NCBI GenBank assembly: GCA_021158055.1 | Contig: JAGGVJ010000004.1 | Location: 1 to 56,198 of the forward strand | Direction: 5' to 3' | DNA length: 56,198 nt | Source of the DNA: Candidatus Iainarchaeum sp. | GTDB taxonomy: Archaea; Iainarchaeota; Iainarchaeia; JAGGVJ01 | Shown here: positions 28,681-38,212 of the stretch, in pieces | Layout: each line of letters begins with the position of its first letter | Numbering within the stretch: the first letter of the stretch is position 1 | Translations under genes and position numbers: made by a program | The notes under the pieces: model-generated | What the model was told of the DNA's origin: nothing | Databases searched by the model: none | Seen by the model: the letters and a program-made list of their open reading frames with translations, nothing else

Positions 28681-29958
28681 CTGGGTGAACTGAAAAGGGA
28701 AATCTCACTGTTTGAAGCAGTCATGTACTGCCTTTGCGTCATAATAGGCGCAGGAATCTACGTTCTTATAGGGATTGCTGCAGGCGAAGCCGGAAACGGC
28801 ATCTGGATATCTTTTTTCCTTGCGGCGCTGATTGCAGGGTGCACGGGTCTGAGTTATGCGGAGCTTTCTTCAAAGTTTCCGTTTGATTCAGCAGAATACA
28901 CTTACTGCAACCAGGCGTTCGGAAGCAAAAGAATCGCTTTCGGGATTGCATGGCTGAAACTCGTAACGGCAATGATTGCCGCAGCTGTTGTCAGCCTGGG
29001 TTTCGGCGGTTACTTATCAGGCCTTTTGGGAACAGAACCTATTACCGGCGCGCTTGGGATACTTTTTTTGGCGCTTCTGATCAACCTTTACGGAGTAAAA
29101 AGCACTATCAGGATAAGCGCCTTCTTAGTGGCAATTACTATCATCGGATTGCTGCTCGTGATTTTCAGCAGTGCCGGGTACATCGGTTCTGTTGACTACT
29201 TTGACTTCCAGCTCGGGTGGGGCGGAATATTCGGCGCTGCCGCTTTGATATTTTTTGCATTCATAGGGTTTGAAGACGTTGCGAACCTGAGCCAGGAAAC
29301 AAAAAACCCAAAAAAAGTCCTTCCAAAAGCAATTATCATTTCAATAATTGTATCAACGATATTGTACACTGTTGTCTCGCTTGTTTGCGTGAGTGTGATC
29401 CCCTGGCAGGTGCTGGCGAACTCGCATTCCCCTTTAACTGACGTAGTCCTGGTTACTATGGGCCCCCTTGCTTCAACTGCAATGTCATTCATCGCATTGA
29501 CCGCGACCGGAAGCACTGTATTTATCCTGCTCTTCGCATACTCGAGAATGATTCTGGGCATGGCGGAAAAAAAATCCCTGCCAAGTGTGTTCACAAAAAT
29601 TTCAAGACGGTTCGGTTCACCTTACATTGCACTCATTTTTGTGTTTTGTTTAACAGCTTTGTTTGTCTTTTTTGAAAACATGAAATTTATTGCGTCGCTC
29701 ACTAATTTCGGAGTGCTTTTTGTTTTTGCCACAGTGAACCTGTCACTGATTGTGTTAAGGTACAAGAGAAACGACTTTGAAGACGCTTACAACGTGCCTT
29801 TGAATATCGGGCGGTTCCCTGTGATTCCTGCAATAGGCGGGTTGTTTTCTCTTTACATGCTGACAAAACTCAGTCTTGATGTCGCTGTTTTAAGCATGCT
29901 GTTGCTTGCGGCGGGAATAATCATTTTCAGCGTGTTCATAAAACCACTGGTTAAATAA
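28681..29958 (+). CDS. APC-family amino acid permease; probable CTG start at 28681 (first ATG at 28723)
   Basis: IIGAGIY, LSYAELSS, FFAFIGFE, ETKNPKK, about 12 TMs. The in-frame upstream sequence GELKREISLFEAV matches the usual N-terminus of the family. Confidence 0.9.
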   Translation: MGELKREISLFEAVMYCLCVIIGAGIYVLIGIAAGEAGNGIWISFFLAALIAGCTGLSYAELSSKFPFDSAEYTYCNQAFGSKRIAFGIAWLKLVTAMIAAAVVSLGFGGYLSGLLGTEPITGALGILFLALLINLYGVKSTIRISAFLVAITIIGLLLVIFSSAGYIGSVDYFDFQLGWGGIFGAAALIFFAFIGFEDVANLSQETKNPKKVLPKAIIISIIVSTILYTVVSLVCVSVIPWQVLANSHSPLTDVVLVTMGPLASTAMSFIALTATGSTVFILLFAYSRMILGMAEKKSLPSVFTKISRRFGSPYIALIFVFCLTALFVFFENMKFIASLTNFGVLFVFATVNLSLIVLRYKRNDFEDAYNVPLNIGRFPVIPAIGGLFSLYMLTKLSLDVAVLSMLLLAAGIIIFSVFIKPLVK

Positions 29959-30018
29959 AAGCAAAAGCACCTCTTCAGTAAAAAAAACCGAACGTCTTCA
30001 ACAGAAACAGAGTGCATG

Positions 30019-31239
30019 TCATGCAAAAGACTTCAGTGCCTCTATTGCAGGGAGCTTTTCACCGCTTAAGTATTCAATGAACGCTTTTCCTGAAAGGCTT
30101 ATGTAGGAAAAATGACTTGAATCAATATTAAATTCTTTTATTACGGCTGAAGTGTGCCCGCCTCCAAGCAATGAAAAAGCATCTGTTTTTGCAACTGCTT
30201 CAAGAACTTTTCTTGTGCCTTCTTCAAACCCTTTCTTTTCATACCTTCCGATCGGACCGTTTACAATTATTTTTTTTGAACGTGAAATTATCCGGCAAAA
30301 CCGCTTGATGGTCTCTTTTCCAAAATCACCTGTTTCGGCACCTTGCGGAAGATCACATAGTTTGTATTCTTTTCTTTTGTTGTTTTCAATGACTGCCAGA
30401 TCAACAGGCACCTCTATTTTTTCAGGGTGTTTTTCAAGAAGGTCTTTTGCCTGGGACAAAATATCCCCTTGTTCAAAAATTTCTGCCTTGTCACTGGAAA
30501 GCCTGCATCCCTGCGCAAAAACAAAGAGTTCTCCAAGGAGCCCCCCTGCAATAATGTGGTCTGCCTTGTCTTCATCTGCCAGGTGGGTTGCAACAAGCAG
30601 TGAATCTTTTGGCTTTGCGCCGCCGAGAACCGCACATCTTGGCTTAAGGGAAGAGTCAAAGCTCTTTTCAATGGACACCAGCTCTTTTTCAAAAACAGGC
30701 CCGGGAAAGCTTGGAAGAACAGGCATGAAACCCACAACAGAGGCGTGGCTCCTGTGAGCGACTGAAAATGCATCCAGGACAAACGCGTCAGCCAAAGGCG
30801 CAAGATTTCTCACAAGCTCGCTTTTGGCATGGTCTTTCATTTCAAGGCCAAGGGTTTCACCGTCCCAAAACCGGGTGTTTTCAAGGACAAGAATATCGCC
30901 GGGCAAAAGACTTTTGATTGCGTTTTGCGCTTTTTTCCCAAGGACATCACTGACATATTTAATCTTTTTCCCGGTGAGCCTGCTTAAAAGAAAAGCGTGT
31001 TTTTCAAGGGGCAAAAAATCCTCTTTTCCCTTCCTGCCCTGATGCGACAGCACCACTGTTTTTGCGCCTTTTTGTGAAAACAGTTCAATGGTTTTTGCAT
31101 GGGCCCTGAACCTGCCTGACTGCACCAGCTCATTGTTTTCTATCGGGCTATTCAGGTCCACGCGAACCAAGACAGTTTTGCCTTTCATTTCAAAATCTTC
31201 AAGGCAGGGCATCGAAAGCAAGTGTTTTTTCAAAGGCAT
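30019..31239 (-). CDS. pgk: Phosphoglycerate kinase
   Basis: VLVRVDLNSP, SHQGR, LENTRF, DAFSVAHRSHAS, LGGAK, GGGHT; GGTGAGG RBS before 31239. Confidence 0.97.
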   Translation of the reverse strand: MPLKKHLLSMPCLEDFEMKGKTVLVRVDLNSPIENNELVQSGRFRAHAKTIELFSQKGAKTVVLSHQGRKGKEDFLPLEKHAFLLSRLTGKKIKYVSDVLGKKAQNAIKSLLPGDILVLENTRFWDGETLGLEMKDHAKSELVRNLAPLADAFVLDAFSVAHRSHASVVGFMPVLPSFPGPVFEKELVSIEKSFDSSLKPRCAVLGGAKPKDSLLVATHLADEDKADHIIAGGLLGELFVFAQGCRLSSDKAEIFEQGDILSQAKDLLEKHPEKIEVPVDLAVIENNKRKEYKLCDLPQGAETGDFGKETIKRFCRIISRSKKIIVNGPIGRYEKKGFEEGTRKVLEAVAKTDAFSLLGGGHTSAVIKEFNIDSSHFSYISLSGKAFIEYLSGEKLPAIEALKSFA

Positions 31240-31261
31240 TACCTCACCAGGCGGTTTCAGA

Positions 31262-32299
31262 TCATTTGATTCCAAGGGCTTTGTCGGTCTTTTTTATTGA
31301 CTTTAGGTTGTTTGATTCAATCCCTGTGACTGCCCTGATTGCGTCAATGTTTTCCGGAACCACAATGCTTTCGCTGTGCACGGCATGCATCCAGTAAATG
31401 TGATTTTTTTCCGCAGCCACTGTTTCGCGCCAGACTGCAACTTCAGGCATGTCGCTTCTCGGCCTTCCAAGGTCCCTGTACTTTTCCATTATTTCCGCGG
31501 TGGAACTGAAGCCGTCTTTGGCATCCAGAACATTTACCCGGCTGGTTTTTTCAAAGGCGTTTTCAAGCGCTTTTTTTGAAGCATGGTTTTTTGTCTCGAT
31601 TGAAACTATGTGAACATGCGCCAGCGTTGTCGGGACAACAACTGCCATGGTGACTACGTCAAGGCCGTGCATGATTGTCTTGAGGTCCGGACCGTGGTGC
31701 GAGGGGACGCTCATGGCCGGCTTTATGGCGTTGATCGGCCCTTTTGACGGGTTCCATGGGTCAACCGCTCTTCTGACAAGCGATACAAACGCTTTTTTTA
31801 TCCCGAACGCTTTTTCTGCCGCATAAAAAGTCCTTGAAAGAGAAGTGGTGTTGCAGCTTACGACCCGCACAAACTGTCTTCCGACAGACTCGTCAAAATT
31901 CACAAGGGAATTGAAACTGGCCTGCGCAAGCGAATCTTTTGCGCCGCCCTGGAAAATTGCCTTTACGTTGTGTTGCCGGTAAAGCAACTTGTTTTTTTCA
32001 TCGATTCCCGCCGGACTGCAGTCAACCACAACGTCAACCTGCCCTGATGCAAGCAGGTCAGGAAGAGTTCCTTTCACGTAAAAACCGCTTGACTCAAGGT
32101 TTCCTTTCAGTTCCGGCACTGAACAGTAAAGGTCTGTCTTGTAAAGAAACCCTTCCGGCTCAAGATTTGTCCGGAGGACGCTTGTCGGCGCAACGTCACT
32201 TATTCCGACAAGTTTCATGTCATCCTGAAGCTTTACTGCGTGGGCAACTCTTTTCCCTATTGCCCCGACCCCATTAACCACAACTTTTACTTTTGCCAC
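31262..32299 (-). CDS. gap: Glyceraldehyde-3-phosphate dehydrogenase, archaeal type II
   Basis: NGVGAIGKRVA, RVVSCNTT, PSHHGPD, VPENIDAIRA; GTG start after GAGGTG. Confidence 0.96.
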   Translation of the reverse strand: MAKVKVVVNGVGAIGKRVAHAVKLQDDMKLVGISDVAPTSVLRTNLEPEGFLYKTDLYCSVPELKGNLESSGFYVKGTLPDLLASGQVDVVVDCSPAGIDEKNKLLYRQHNVKAIFQGGAKDSLAQASFNSLVNFDESVGRQFVRVVSCNTTSLSRTFYAAEKAFGIKKAFVSLVRRAVDPWNPSKGPINAIKPAMSVPSHHGPDLKTIMHGLDVVTMAVVVPTTLAHVHIVSIETKNHASKKALENAFEKTSRVNVLDAKDGFSSTAEIMEKYRDLGRPRSDMPEVAVWRETVAAEKNHIYWMHAVHSESIVVPENIDAIRAVTGIESNNLKSIKKTDKALGIK

Positions 32300-32393
32300 A
32301 AAAACACCTCAAACTGTTTGAATTTTATGAAAATTACCTGGGATTTTATGTAATAATTAAAAACAGGTTCTCTATTTTATATTATTTGGTTGC

Positions 32394-32682
32394 ATGGGAA
32401 AAAAAGAAAAAAAACACACAAAAAAGCAGGATATTTTTCTATCAAGGAAACAGACCTGCTTTCCTTTCTCAAAAGCATTGCAAGCGACTGCAGGTTATTT
32501 GTTCCCGCAGGCAAGGAAAACAAAATGCGTTTTGAGGAATTCTCCTTGAAAAAACCGCGGTTTTCGGGATACAGCCATGCGACCTGAACGCAATCAAACG
32601 CATTGACCGGGTATTCACTTCAGCCCGCAAAGACAACTCTTACCTGGAGCGCAGGAAAAACACTTTCCTGATGGGGCTTGAA
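32394..32682 (+). pseudogene. Fragment of a sulfhydrogenase / group 3b NiFe-hydrogenase beta subunit (AsrA-like)
   Basis: One frame gives YFSIKETDLLSFLKSIASDCRLFVP; another, from about 32551, gives KTAVFGIQPCDLNAIKRIDRVF...DNSYLERRKNTFLMGLE. Frameshifted, internally deleted and truncated before the Fe-S domains. Confidence 0.75.
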
Positions 32683-32684
32683 GG

Positions 32685-33359
32685 TCATGGAAAAAATTCA
32701 AGGATTGCTCTAAGATTCTTTTTTTCCTGATTTATTGAATGCGTGCAGACTTCCTGCAGTTCTTTTCTTGCATTGAACGCAACGGAAACCCCTGCTTCTT
32801 TTGCAAGATGTATGTCGTTTACGCCGTCTCCGACAAAACCGCACTGTGACTTTTCACAGCCGTATTCTGCGATTAAAATATTCATGAAATCAACTTTGCC
32901 CTTGTAGTCGCACGGCAGGAAATTGTAATGGGAAATATATTCATCCTGGCCAAAAAACAACTCACAGGCTGCAAAAACATGGTTTATTTTCAGGTCTTTT
33001 GCCGCCCTGTCAGCAAGGTTCTTGAAACCGCCGCTTATTATGGCTGTCTTGTATCCTTTTTTCTTCAGAACTTCAAAGGTTTCCTTTACCCCGTCAATAT
33101 ACTGCACTTTGTTTATCACGCCAAAAAAATGCTGCCTGTCAAGTTTTTTGTCTTTGTAGACGTTTATTATGTATTCCATCCATTCAAAGTAATTGTTAAA
33201 ACCGTTGTTGTTCCATATTTCTTTCCCTTTCAGGTCTTGGTCCCGCGCTCCGATTGATTCTGACAAAACCCTCCAGATACTCGCGGCAACGTTGCCGTTT
33301 GTTTCCGTGACGCCCGTCTCAAATATCACGCCTTCCATGTCAAAAAAAACAATTTTCAT
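32685..33359 (-). CDS. HAD-superfamily phosphatase (SerB-like, subfamily IB)
   Basis: FFDMEGVI, IISGGF, KGK, VGDGVND, AFNA. Confidence 0.88.
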   Translation of the reverse strand: MKIVFFDMEGVIFETGVTETNGNVAASIWRVLSESIGARDQDLKGKEIWNNNGFNNYFEWMEYIINVYKDKKLDRQHFFGVINKVQYIDGVKETFEVLKKKGYKTAIISGGFKNLADRAAKDLKINHVFAACELFFGQDEYISHYNFLPCDYKGKVDFMNILIAEYGCEKSQCGFVGDGVNDIHLAKEAGVSVAFNARKELQEVCTHSINQEKKNLRAILEFFP

Positions 33360-33377
33360 CCGATCCCCCAGATAGTG

Positions 33378-33770
33378 TTAAAATGTAAGAAGTATTTTTT
33401 GAACTTCATTTACTGCCAGGTCTTTTTTGCACCCGTATGGAATGCCTATGACTGAAATGTTTTCTGTGTTTCCAAGCCTTTGAAGCAAAAGAAGATAAAA
33501 CGCCAGGTCAAAGTCGTGGGCGCTGACCGAACCGTTGCTTTCAAGCTGGTTAAGGTCTGTGATTTCCTATACTTTGCCAAGGTTTTTTACGACGTCAACT
33601 ATAACTATTTTCTCTTTTTCAGCTTGTTCGACCATTAGGTCCGGCGAAGAAGAAAAATCAAAATCAAATTTTTTTTTCAAAACCGGGCTTTTGCTCAACT
33701 CGCCGCACACATCAAATGCAAGCCGGTCTTTTTTTCCAAGCAGCCCGCCAAAGGCCATGACGCAAATCAT
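33378..33770 (-). pseudogene. Hydrogenase maturation protease-like gene with an internal in-frame TAG
   Basis: VMAFGG...D...IVIVDVVKNLGKV, TAG at 33569-33567, then EITDLNQLESNGSVSAHDFDLAFYLLLLQRLG...VIGIP in the same frame to TAA at 33380-33378. Confidence 0.7.
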
Positions 33771-33807
33771 AATGATCCATTTATCCCTGCAGTTTTAATT
33801 TTTTAAC

Positions 33808-34470
33808 TTAACCATTTAAACCTTTCAAAAGGTCCAAAACTTTTGCTTTGGGGTCACTTGATTTCACCACCGCAGAAGCCACCAGGACCCCTTGTGCTCC
33901 AAGTTCAACTGCGCGCCTTGCGTCTTCCTGACTTGAAATGCCAGCTCCGCAAAGGACATGCATATCAGGGTCTACTTGTTTGACTAAAGCAACTGTGTTT
34001 GTGACAACTTCGGGTTTTGCCTTGCTCACGGAAATTCCGGAGCCGATCAGTTCAGGGGGTTCAACGGCAATTGCTGTCGGTTTGAAATGCGCTATCTGTG
34101 CAGCAAGTTCCTCGTCCTGCGCACAGACAAGAGATTCAAGCCCGTGTTCTTTTGCAGCATGAACTGTCTTTTCTATTGTTTCAAGGTCAAGCCTGTGCTC
34201 TGAATGGTTGATAAGCGTTCCTTTTGCCCCTGCCTCTTTTACCGCACGGACCTGGATCGAACCTGTAAAAGCCCCTTCCGGATCCGGGTCAACGTGCTGT
34301 GCAAAAACAGGATTTTCCACTGCTTTTGAAACCCGGAAAACGTCAACGTCCTGAACAGCCAAGACAACGCCCTTGCCTGCATTGCTTATTTTTTTCGCAA
34401 GCTCCACTGCACTGTCCCCGATGGATTGCTCGTATGCCTTGAAATTGACAACCAATGACGGAAATTTCAT
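33808..34470 (-). CDS. tpiA: Triosephosphate isomerase, archaeal type
   Basis: VVNFKAY, AQHVD, LINHSEHR, AVEPPELIGSG, GVLVASAV. Confidence 0.97.
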   Translation of the reverse strand: MKFPSLVVNFKAYEQSIGDSAVELAKKISNAGKGVVLAVQDVDVFRVSKAVENPVFAQHVDPDPEGAFTGSIQVRAVKEAGAKGTLINHSEHRLDLETIEKTVHAAKEHGLESLVCAQDEELAAQIAHFKPTAIAVEPPELIGSGISVSKAKPEVVTNTVALVKQVDPDMHVLCGAGISSQEDARRAVELGAQGVLVASAVVKSSDPKAKVLDLLKGLNG

Positions 34471-34524
34471 TTTTCAACCAACCCCTGTTTTGCCTGTATT
34501 ATTCTGTTTGTATTAACTAGTCAC

Positions 34525-35028
34525 TTATTGATAACACTTATCGATAATCAAGCCGCCGATGTAGTACTGCCTGAACACTTCTTTTCCCTTGGAAAAAATG
34601 CGTTCGGTACCGCTGAACAAAGCCACGTCACCTTCTGATTCATCAACATACTCAAAATCCCCCGCATGAAATTTTTCCGGTCCCCTGAAAGGCCGTTTTT
34701 TTCCAACTTTCCTGAGCGCCTGTTTCAAAAAATCAAACATTTCCCTGCAAAAATCATAATCGCCGACATATTCCGGTTTCACGCCGCCATTGTAAGCCAT
34801 TAGCCAAACCGGTTTTTCCTTAAACCTGACAACTTCCTGTCCCGGGGCAAAATAAAACCCTGCGTAACTGTCCCTGTATTCGAAGTCGCCTTGCCTGAAT
34901 TCAAGTTCTTTGAAACCGGGCCTTTGAGGGGGAACTTCTTTCCCGTCTCCTGCATAAGTGTTGATTTTTGCATTGACTAAAAAAACAGCAAGTTCTTCGA
35001 CATCTACTTCACTGTTTACTGAAACCAC
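34525..35028 (-). CDS. DUF5680-like protein
   Basis: FLVNAKINTYAG, YRDSYAG, GQEVV, FLKQAL, PFRGP, FSGTERI, YIGG. Confidence 0.75.
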   Translation of the reverse strand: MVSVNSEVDVEELAVFLVNAKINTYAGDGKEVPPQRPGFKELEFRQGDFEYRDSYAGFYFAPGQEVVRFKEKPVWLMAYNGGVKPEYVGDYDFCREMFDFLKQALRKVGKKRPFRGPEKFHAGDFEYVDESEGDVALFSGTERIFSKGKEVFRQYYIGGLIIDKCYQ

Positions 35029-35204
35029 GCAATAAAAAAGAAGCCGAATTCTTATAATTCTTTCTTTAAAAAAACAAACATAAAAAAAAATAAAGAAATA
35101 AATACAACAAAGACATGATTAACTAAAGTTATTGTTTATGGATTATACATAACCAGCGTTATTTTACAGGGTTATGCAAGCCATTGCCTGAAGTCCGGAA
35201 AAAC

Positions 35205-36545
35205 ATGGAAAACAATAAAACAGGCCACAAAAGAATTTTTGCAAAACTTGCTTTTGCGTTTTCTTTAGTGCTTTTTCTTTCGCTTTTTTCAAACACTGCT
35301 TTTGGCCAAACCACATGCAAGCTAACTGGCTGCGACCTGGAAATAACAATAAAAATCGCTTTCTCAGGAACAGACGACACGTACATAAACCGCATGGCAA
35401 ACGAGATTGAAAGCGTGTGGAACGGCCCGAACGGCTTCCAGACCACCGGCGAGTGCAAGTGCAACGTGACTTTCAATGTCGAAACCATGAAAATAACAGA
35501 CCCTGCACAGGTAAACTGCAACCCGCCACCGGCAGGATATCATTGCGTCATGGTCACTTCCTTTAACACAAACCCGCCTAAAGACACTAACGGCACCACT
35601 TACGTCGCCTACATGTACGGGGTCTCGCATGGCGGGCAGAGCGCCAACGGCTGGTGGTCTGATGTAATGAGCCGCTCTGTTGAAGGGGGAACAGGGGAAA
35701 CCTACAAAGACGCTGCCCACGAAGCAGGCCACATGATGGGTTTAGAAGACGGGGACGGAAACGGGCTCATGACTAACACAAGCGGCCCGAACTCAGACCC
35801 GACACAGGACAACATTGACACCGCGGTTAAAAACGTCTGCGGAGCAAACGCGTGCCCTGACAGATGCTGCTGCGGAAACGGAGTCATCAACAAGGACAAG
35901 GGCGAATCCTGCGACCCGTTTGCGAGTCCTGTCGGCTGCAAAGCAGGTGAATCATGCTGTCCGGTGTGCTGTAGTTGCTTCAGGCCTGCGTGCGACCTAA
36001 CAAAAGGATCATACGCAACGCAAGCAGAATGCAAAACTGCCTGCGGAGAAGACGCCAGATGCTACTACAATTACAAAACCGGGTGCTGGGACTGCGTGAA
36101 AGACAACGTGGTGGTGGAAATTGTTTACGACCCGGAAAAAACAAGACAAATAATTGAAGGAGCTCACGGTCCCCTTGACCAAATCCATCCAGCTCTTGAA
36201 GAAATACGCCCGTTGTTTGAGTCCCTGGCTTCAGTTCCCGTATTATCAGACCTGATTTTCAACAACAAGGCCAATGTGTATGTTGAAGGGTACAAAGATT
36301 TTTCGCTGGTGTTTGAAAACGGGAAACTAATAGAAATAAATGAAGCTTTGGTCAGCGACCCGACAGTCAACATCAGGACAGACATCGGAACCGTCCAGGA
36401 CATAATTGACGGAAAAACAACAATTGTTTCGGCAATTCAGGAAGGCAGGGCAGTTTACGAACCGGTCGGAATATTAAATGCCATAACCAATGCAGTGTCA
36501 GGCTTTTTTTTCGGGATCTTCTCATTTTTCACTGATTTGATTTAA
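35205..36545 (+). CDS. Secreted Cys-rich zinc metalloprotease with SCP2-like C-terminal domain
   Basis: Signal peptide, HEAGHMMGLED, Met-turn-like NGLM, CCCGNGVINKDKGESCD, many Cys, and a C-terminal PTVNIRTDIGTVQDIIDGKTTIVSAIQEG segment. Confidence 0.8.
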   Translation: MENNKTGHKRIFAKLAFAFSLVLFLSLFSNTAFGQTTCKLTGCDLEITIKIAFSGTDDTYINRMANEIESVWNGPNGFQTTGECKCNVTFNVETMKITDPAQVNCNPPPAGYHCVMVTSFNTNPPKDTNGTTYVAYMYGVSHGGQSANGWWSDVMSRSVEGGTGETYKDAAHEAGHMMGLEDGDGNGLMTNTSGPNSDPTQDNIDTAVKNVCGANACPDRCCCGNGVINKDKGESCDPFASPVGCKAGESCCPVCCSCFRPACDLTKGSYATQAECKTACGEDARCYYNYKTGCWDCVKDNVVVEIVYDPEKTRQIIEGAHGPLDQIHPALEEIRPLFESLASVPVLSDLIFNNKANVYVEGYKDFSLVFENGKLIEINEALVSDPTVNIRTDIGTVQDIIDGKTTIVSAIQEGRAVYEPVGILNAITNAVSGFFFGIFSFFTDLI

Positions 36546-36684
36546 ATTCAATCAATGATTGTGACACGCATGCACACAGGCAAAACGCAGATTCACGCAG
36601 GTAAACGCGAACATTGCAGAAAACCGGCAACTGGATAAAAGCAGTGATTACTAAAATTTTAAAGCAGTGTTATTAAAAAATTAT

Positions 36685-36716
36685 AAAAAAAGAAAAAACG
36701 GGTCCGTAAAAGACCC
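36685..36716 (-). terminator. Hairpin plus T-tract downstream of the MC1 gene
   Basis: Minus strand reads GGGTC-TTTTACG-GACCC followed by GTTTTTTCTTTTTTT. Confidence 0.5.
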
Positions 36717-36753
36717 TCTTCTTTGTAAGTCTTTGAAATATATGACTTTATAT

Positions 36754-37014
36754 TTAAAGTCTTTCAATTCCGGATTTTTTTACGACTGGTTTCCAAACTT
36801 TGTCAGGCAACCAGGACGGACTGTTTGCAGGTGCTTTGACCTGTTTTCTTGAGCCCTTGAAAACGTGAACTTTTTTGGTTCCTTTTTCTCTCAACTTTAT
36901 GTCTGTGTATCCTCTTGTAGCTGCTTTCAGGGCTGCCTGTCTTGGCTGTCTTCCGCTGAAGATTGCTACTTCTTTTCCTTTCACTCTCAATGCAAAGTTT
37001 CTTTTGTCTGCCAT
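36754..37014 (-). CDS. Non-histone chromosomal protein MC1
   Basis: RNFALR...FSGRQPRQAALKAA...IKLREKGTKKVHVFKG...PSWLPDKVWKPVVKK is the MC1 signature; GAGGTG RBS. Confidence 0.93.
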   Translation of the reverse strand: MADKRNFALRVKGKEVAIFSGRQPRQAALKAATRGYTDIKLREKGTKKVHVFKGSRKQVKAPANSPSWLPDKVWKPVVKKSGIERL

Positions 37015-37213
37015 ATTTACACCTCTTGAACTTGTATTTAATCAAAACCGCACGCACATATATATTCCTTTTGGTTTTTTAGTGCACAAACCCGTGTTTT
37101 TCCCTGTTTTTCCCAAATTACTGCCAAAAAACGTTACCACTGACAAAGGGCATCTTGCGAAATACGCTTTATTTTGTGAAATATATTTAAAGCAGGTTTC
37201 ATTTAGTTAATCT

Positions 37214-38212
37214 ATGGCGGTCTCAAACGAACTGAGAAAAGATTACATTACAAACAGGTGGGTAATCGTGGCTGAAAAAAGATCTCTCAGGCCAAGCGAT
37301 TTTTCAAAAACTGAAGACCGGAAAAAAGAAACTGTTTCAAAGACCTGCCCGTTTTGTCCGGGAAACGAACACATGACCCCACCCACTATACTTGAAGAAA
37401 AAAAAGGCGGGAAATGGGACATACGAGTGGTCGGAAACAAGTTTCCTGCCCTGTCACAAAAAACAGATATTTTCCCTTCAAACAACCACCCGCTGATAAA
37501 AATGGGTGCTTTCGGAAGCCAGGAAGTGCTTATTGAAACAAACAACCATTCAAAGCGTTTTTTCGAAAACTCAAAGGCAAAAGTCAACAGGATTCTTGAA
37601 ATGCTTATAAAAAGAAGAAAAAAACTTTCCTCGCACAAAAAAATCGAATACGTCCTTCTTTTTAAGAACTTCGGACGCGAATGCGGGGCTTCCCTGAGCC
37701 ATTCCCACATACAGATCTCTGCCCTGCCGCTGGTTCCCCCCCTTATAGCAGACGAGCTTAACGGAAGCAGGGGTTATTACAGCGAAAACCACTCCTGTCC
37801 GTTCTGTGACATAGAAAAACTTGAAAGCAAGTCAAAAAGGTTTGTCTCTTCAAACAAAAACTTTTCACTTTTCACTCCCTTTGCGTCTATCTGGCCTTAC
37901 GAACTCTGGATTGTCTCAAAACAGCATGTCCAAAGGCTTGAGGATTTCTCAAAACCGCAGCTTTTGGATCTTGCGGAAATCCTGATTGAAGCAATAAAGC
38001 GACTGAACACTCTTTTCCCGGGCACCCCTTACAATTTCGTGATTCACGATACGCCTGGAAAAAACTTGTTTTCCTATTATCATTTTCATTTGGAAATATA
38101 TCCAAGATATCATCACAAAACTTTTGCAGGTCTTGAAAAAGGAGGGAGGATTTTCATTAATGAGGTTTCTCCTGAGCGCGCGGCAAAAGAACTTAAGGAG
38201 GTCAGGATATGA
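37214..38212 (+). CDS. galT: Galactose-1-phosphate uridylyltransferase / GalT-like NDP-sugar transferase
   Basis: ELRKD...WVIVAEKRSLRP, CPFCPGNE, NKFPAL, GASLSHSHIQ, YHFHLEI. Confidence 0.9.
   Translation: MAVSNELRKDYITNRWVIVAEKRSLRPSDFSKTEDRKKETVSKTCPFCPGNEHMTPPTILEEKKGGKWDIRVVGNKFPALSQKTDIFPSNNHPLIKMGAFGSQEVLIETNNHSKRFFENSKAKVNRILEMLIKRRKKLSSHKKIEYVLLFKNFGRECGASLSHSHIQISALPLVPPLIADELNGSRGYYSENHSCPFCDIEKLESKSKRFVSSNKNFSLFTPFASIWPYELWIVSKQHVQRLEDFSKPQLLDLAEILIEAIKRLNTLFPGTPYNFVIHDTPGKNLFSYYHFHLEIYPRYHHKTFAGLEKGGRIFINEVSPERAAKELKEVRI

Noticed and set aside
33567-33569. Genome-wide TAG recoding or pyrrolysine
   Set aside because: TAG is the apparent natural stop of pfdB (22793-22795), nmd3 (54411-54413) and the 5097 gene, and no other in-frame TAG was noticed in conserved genes.
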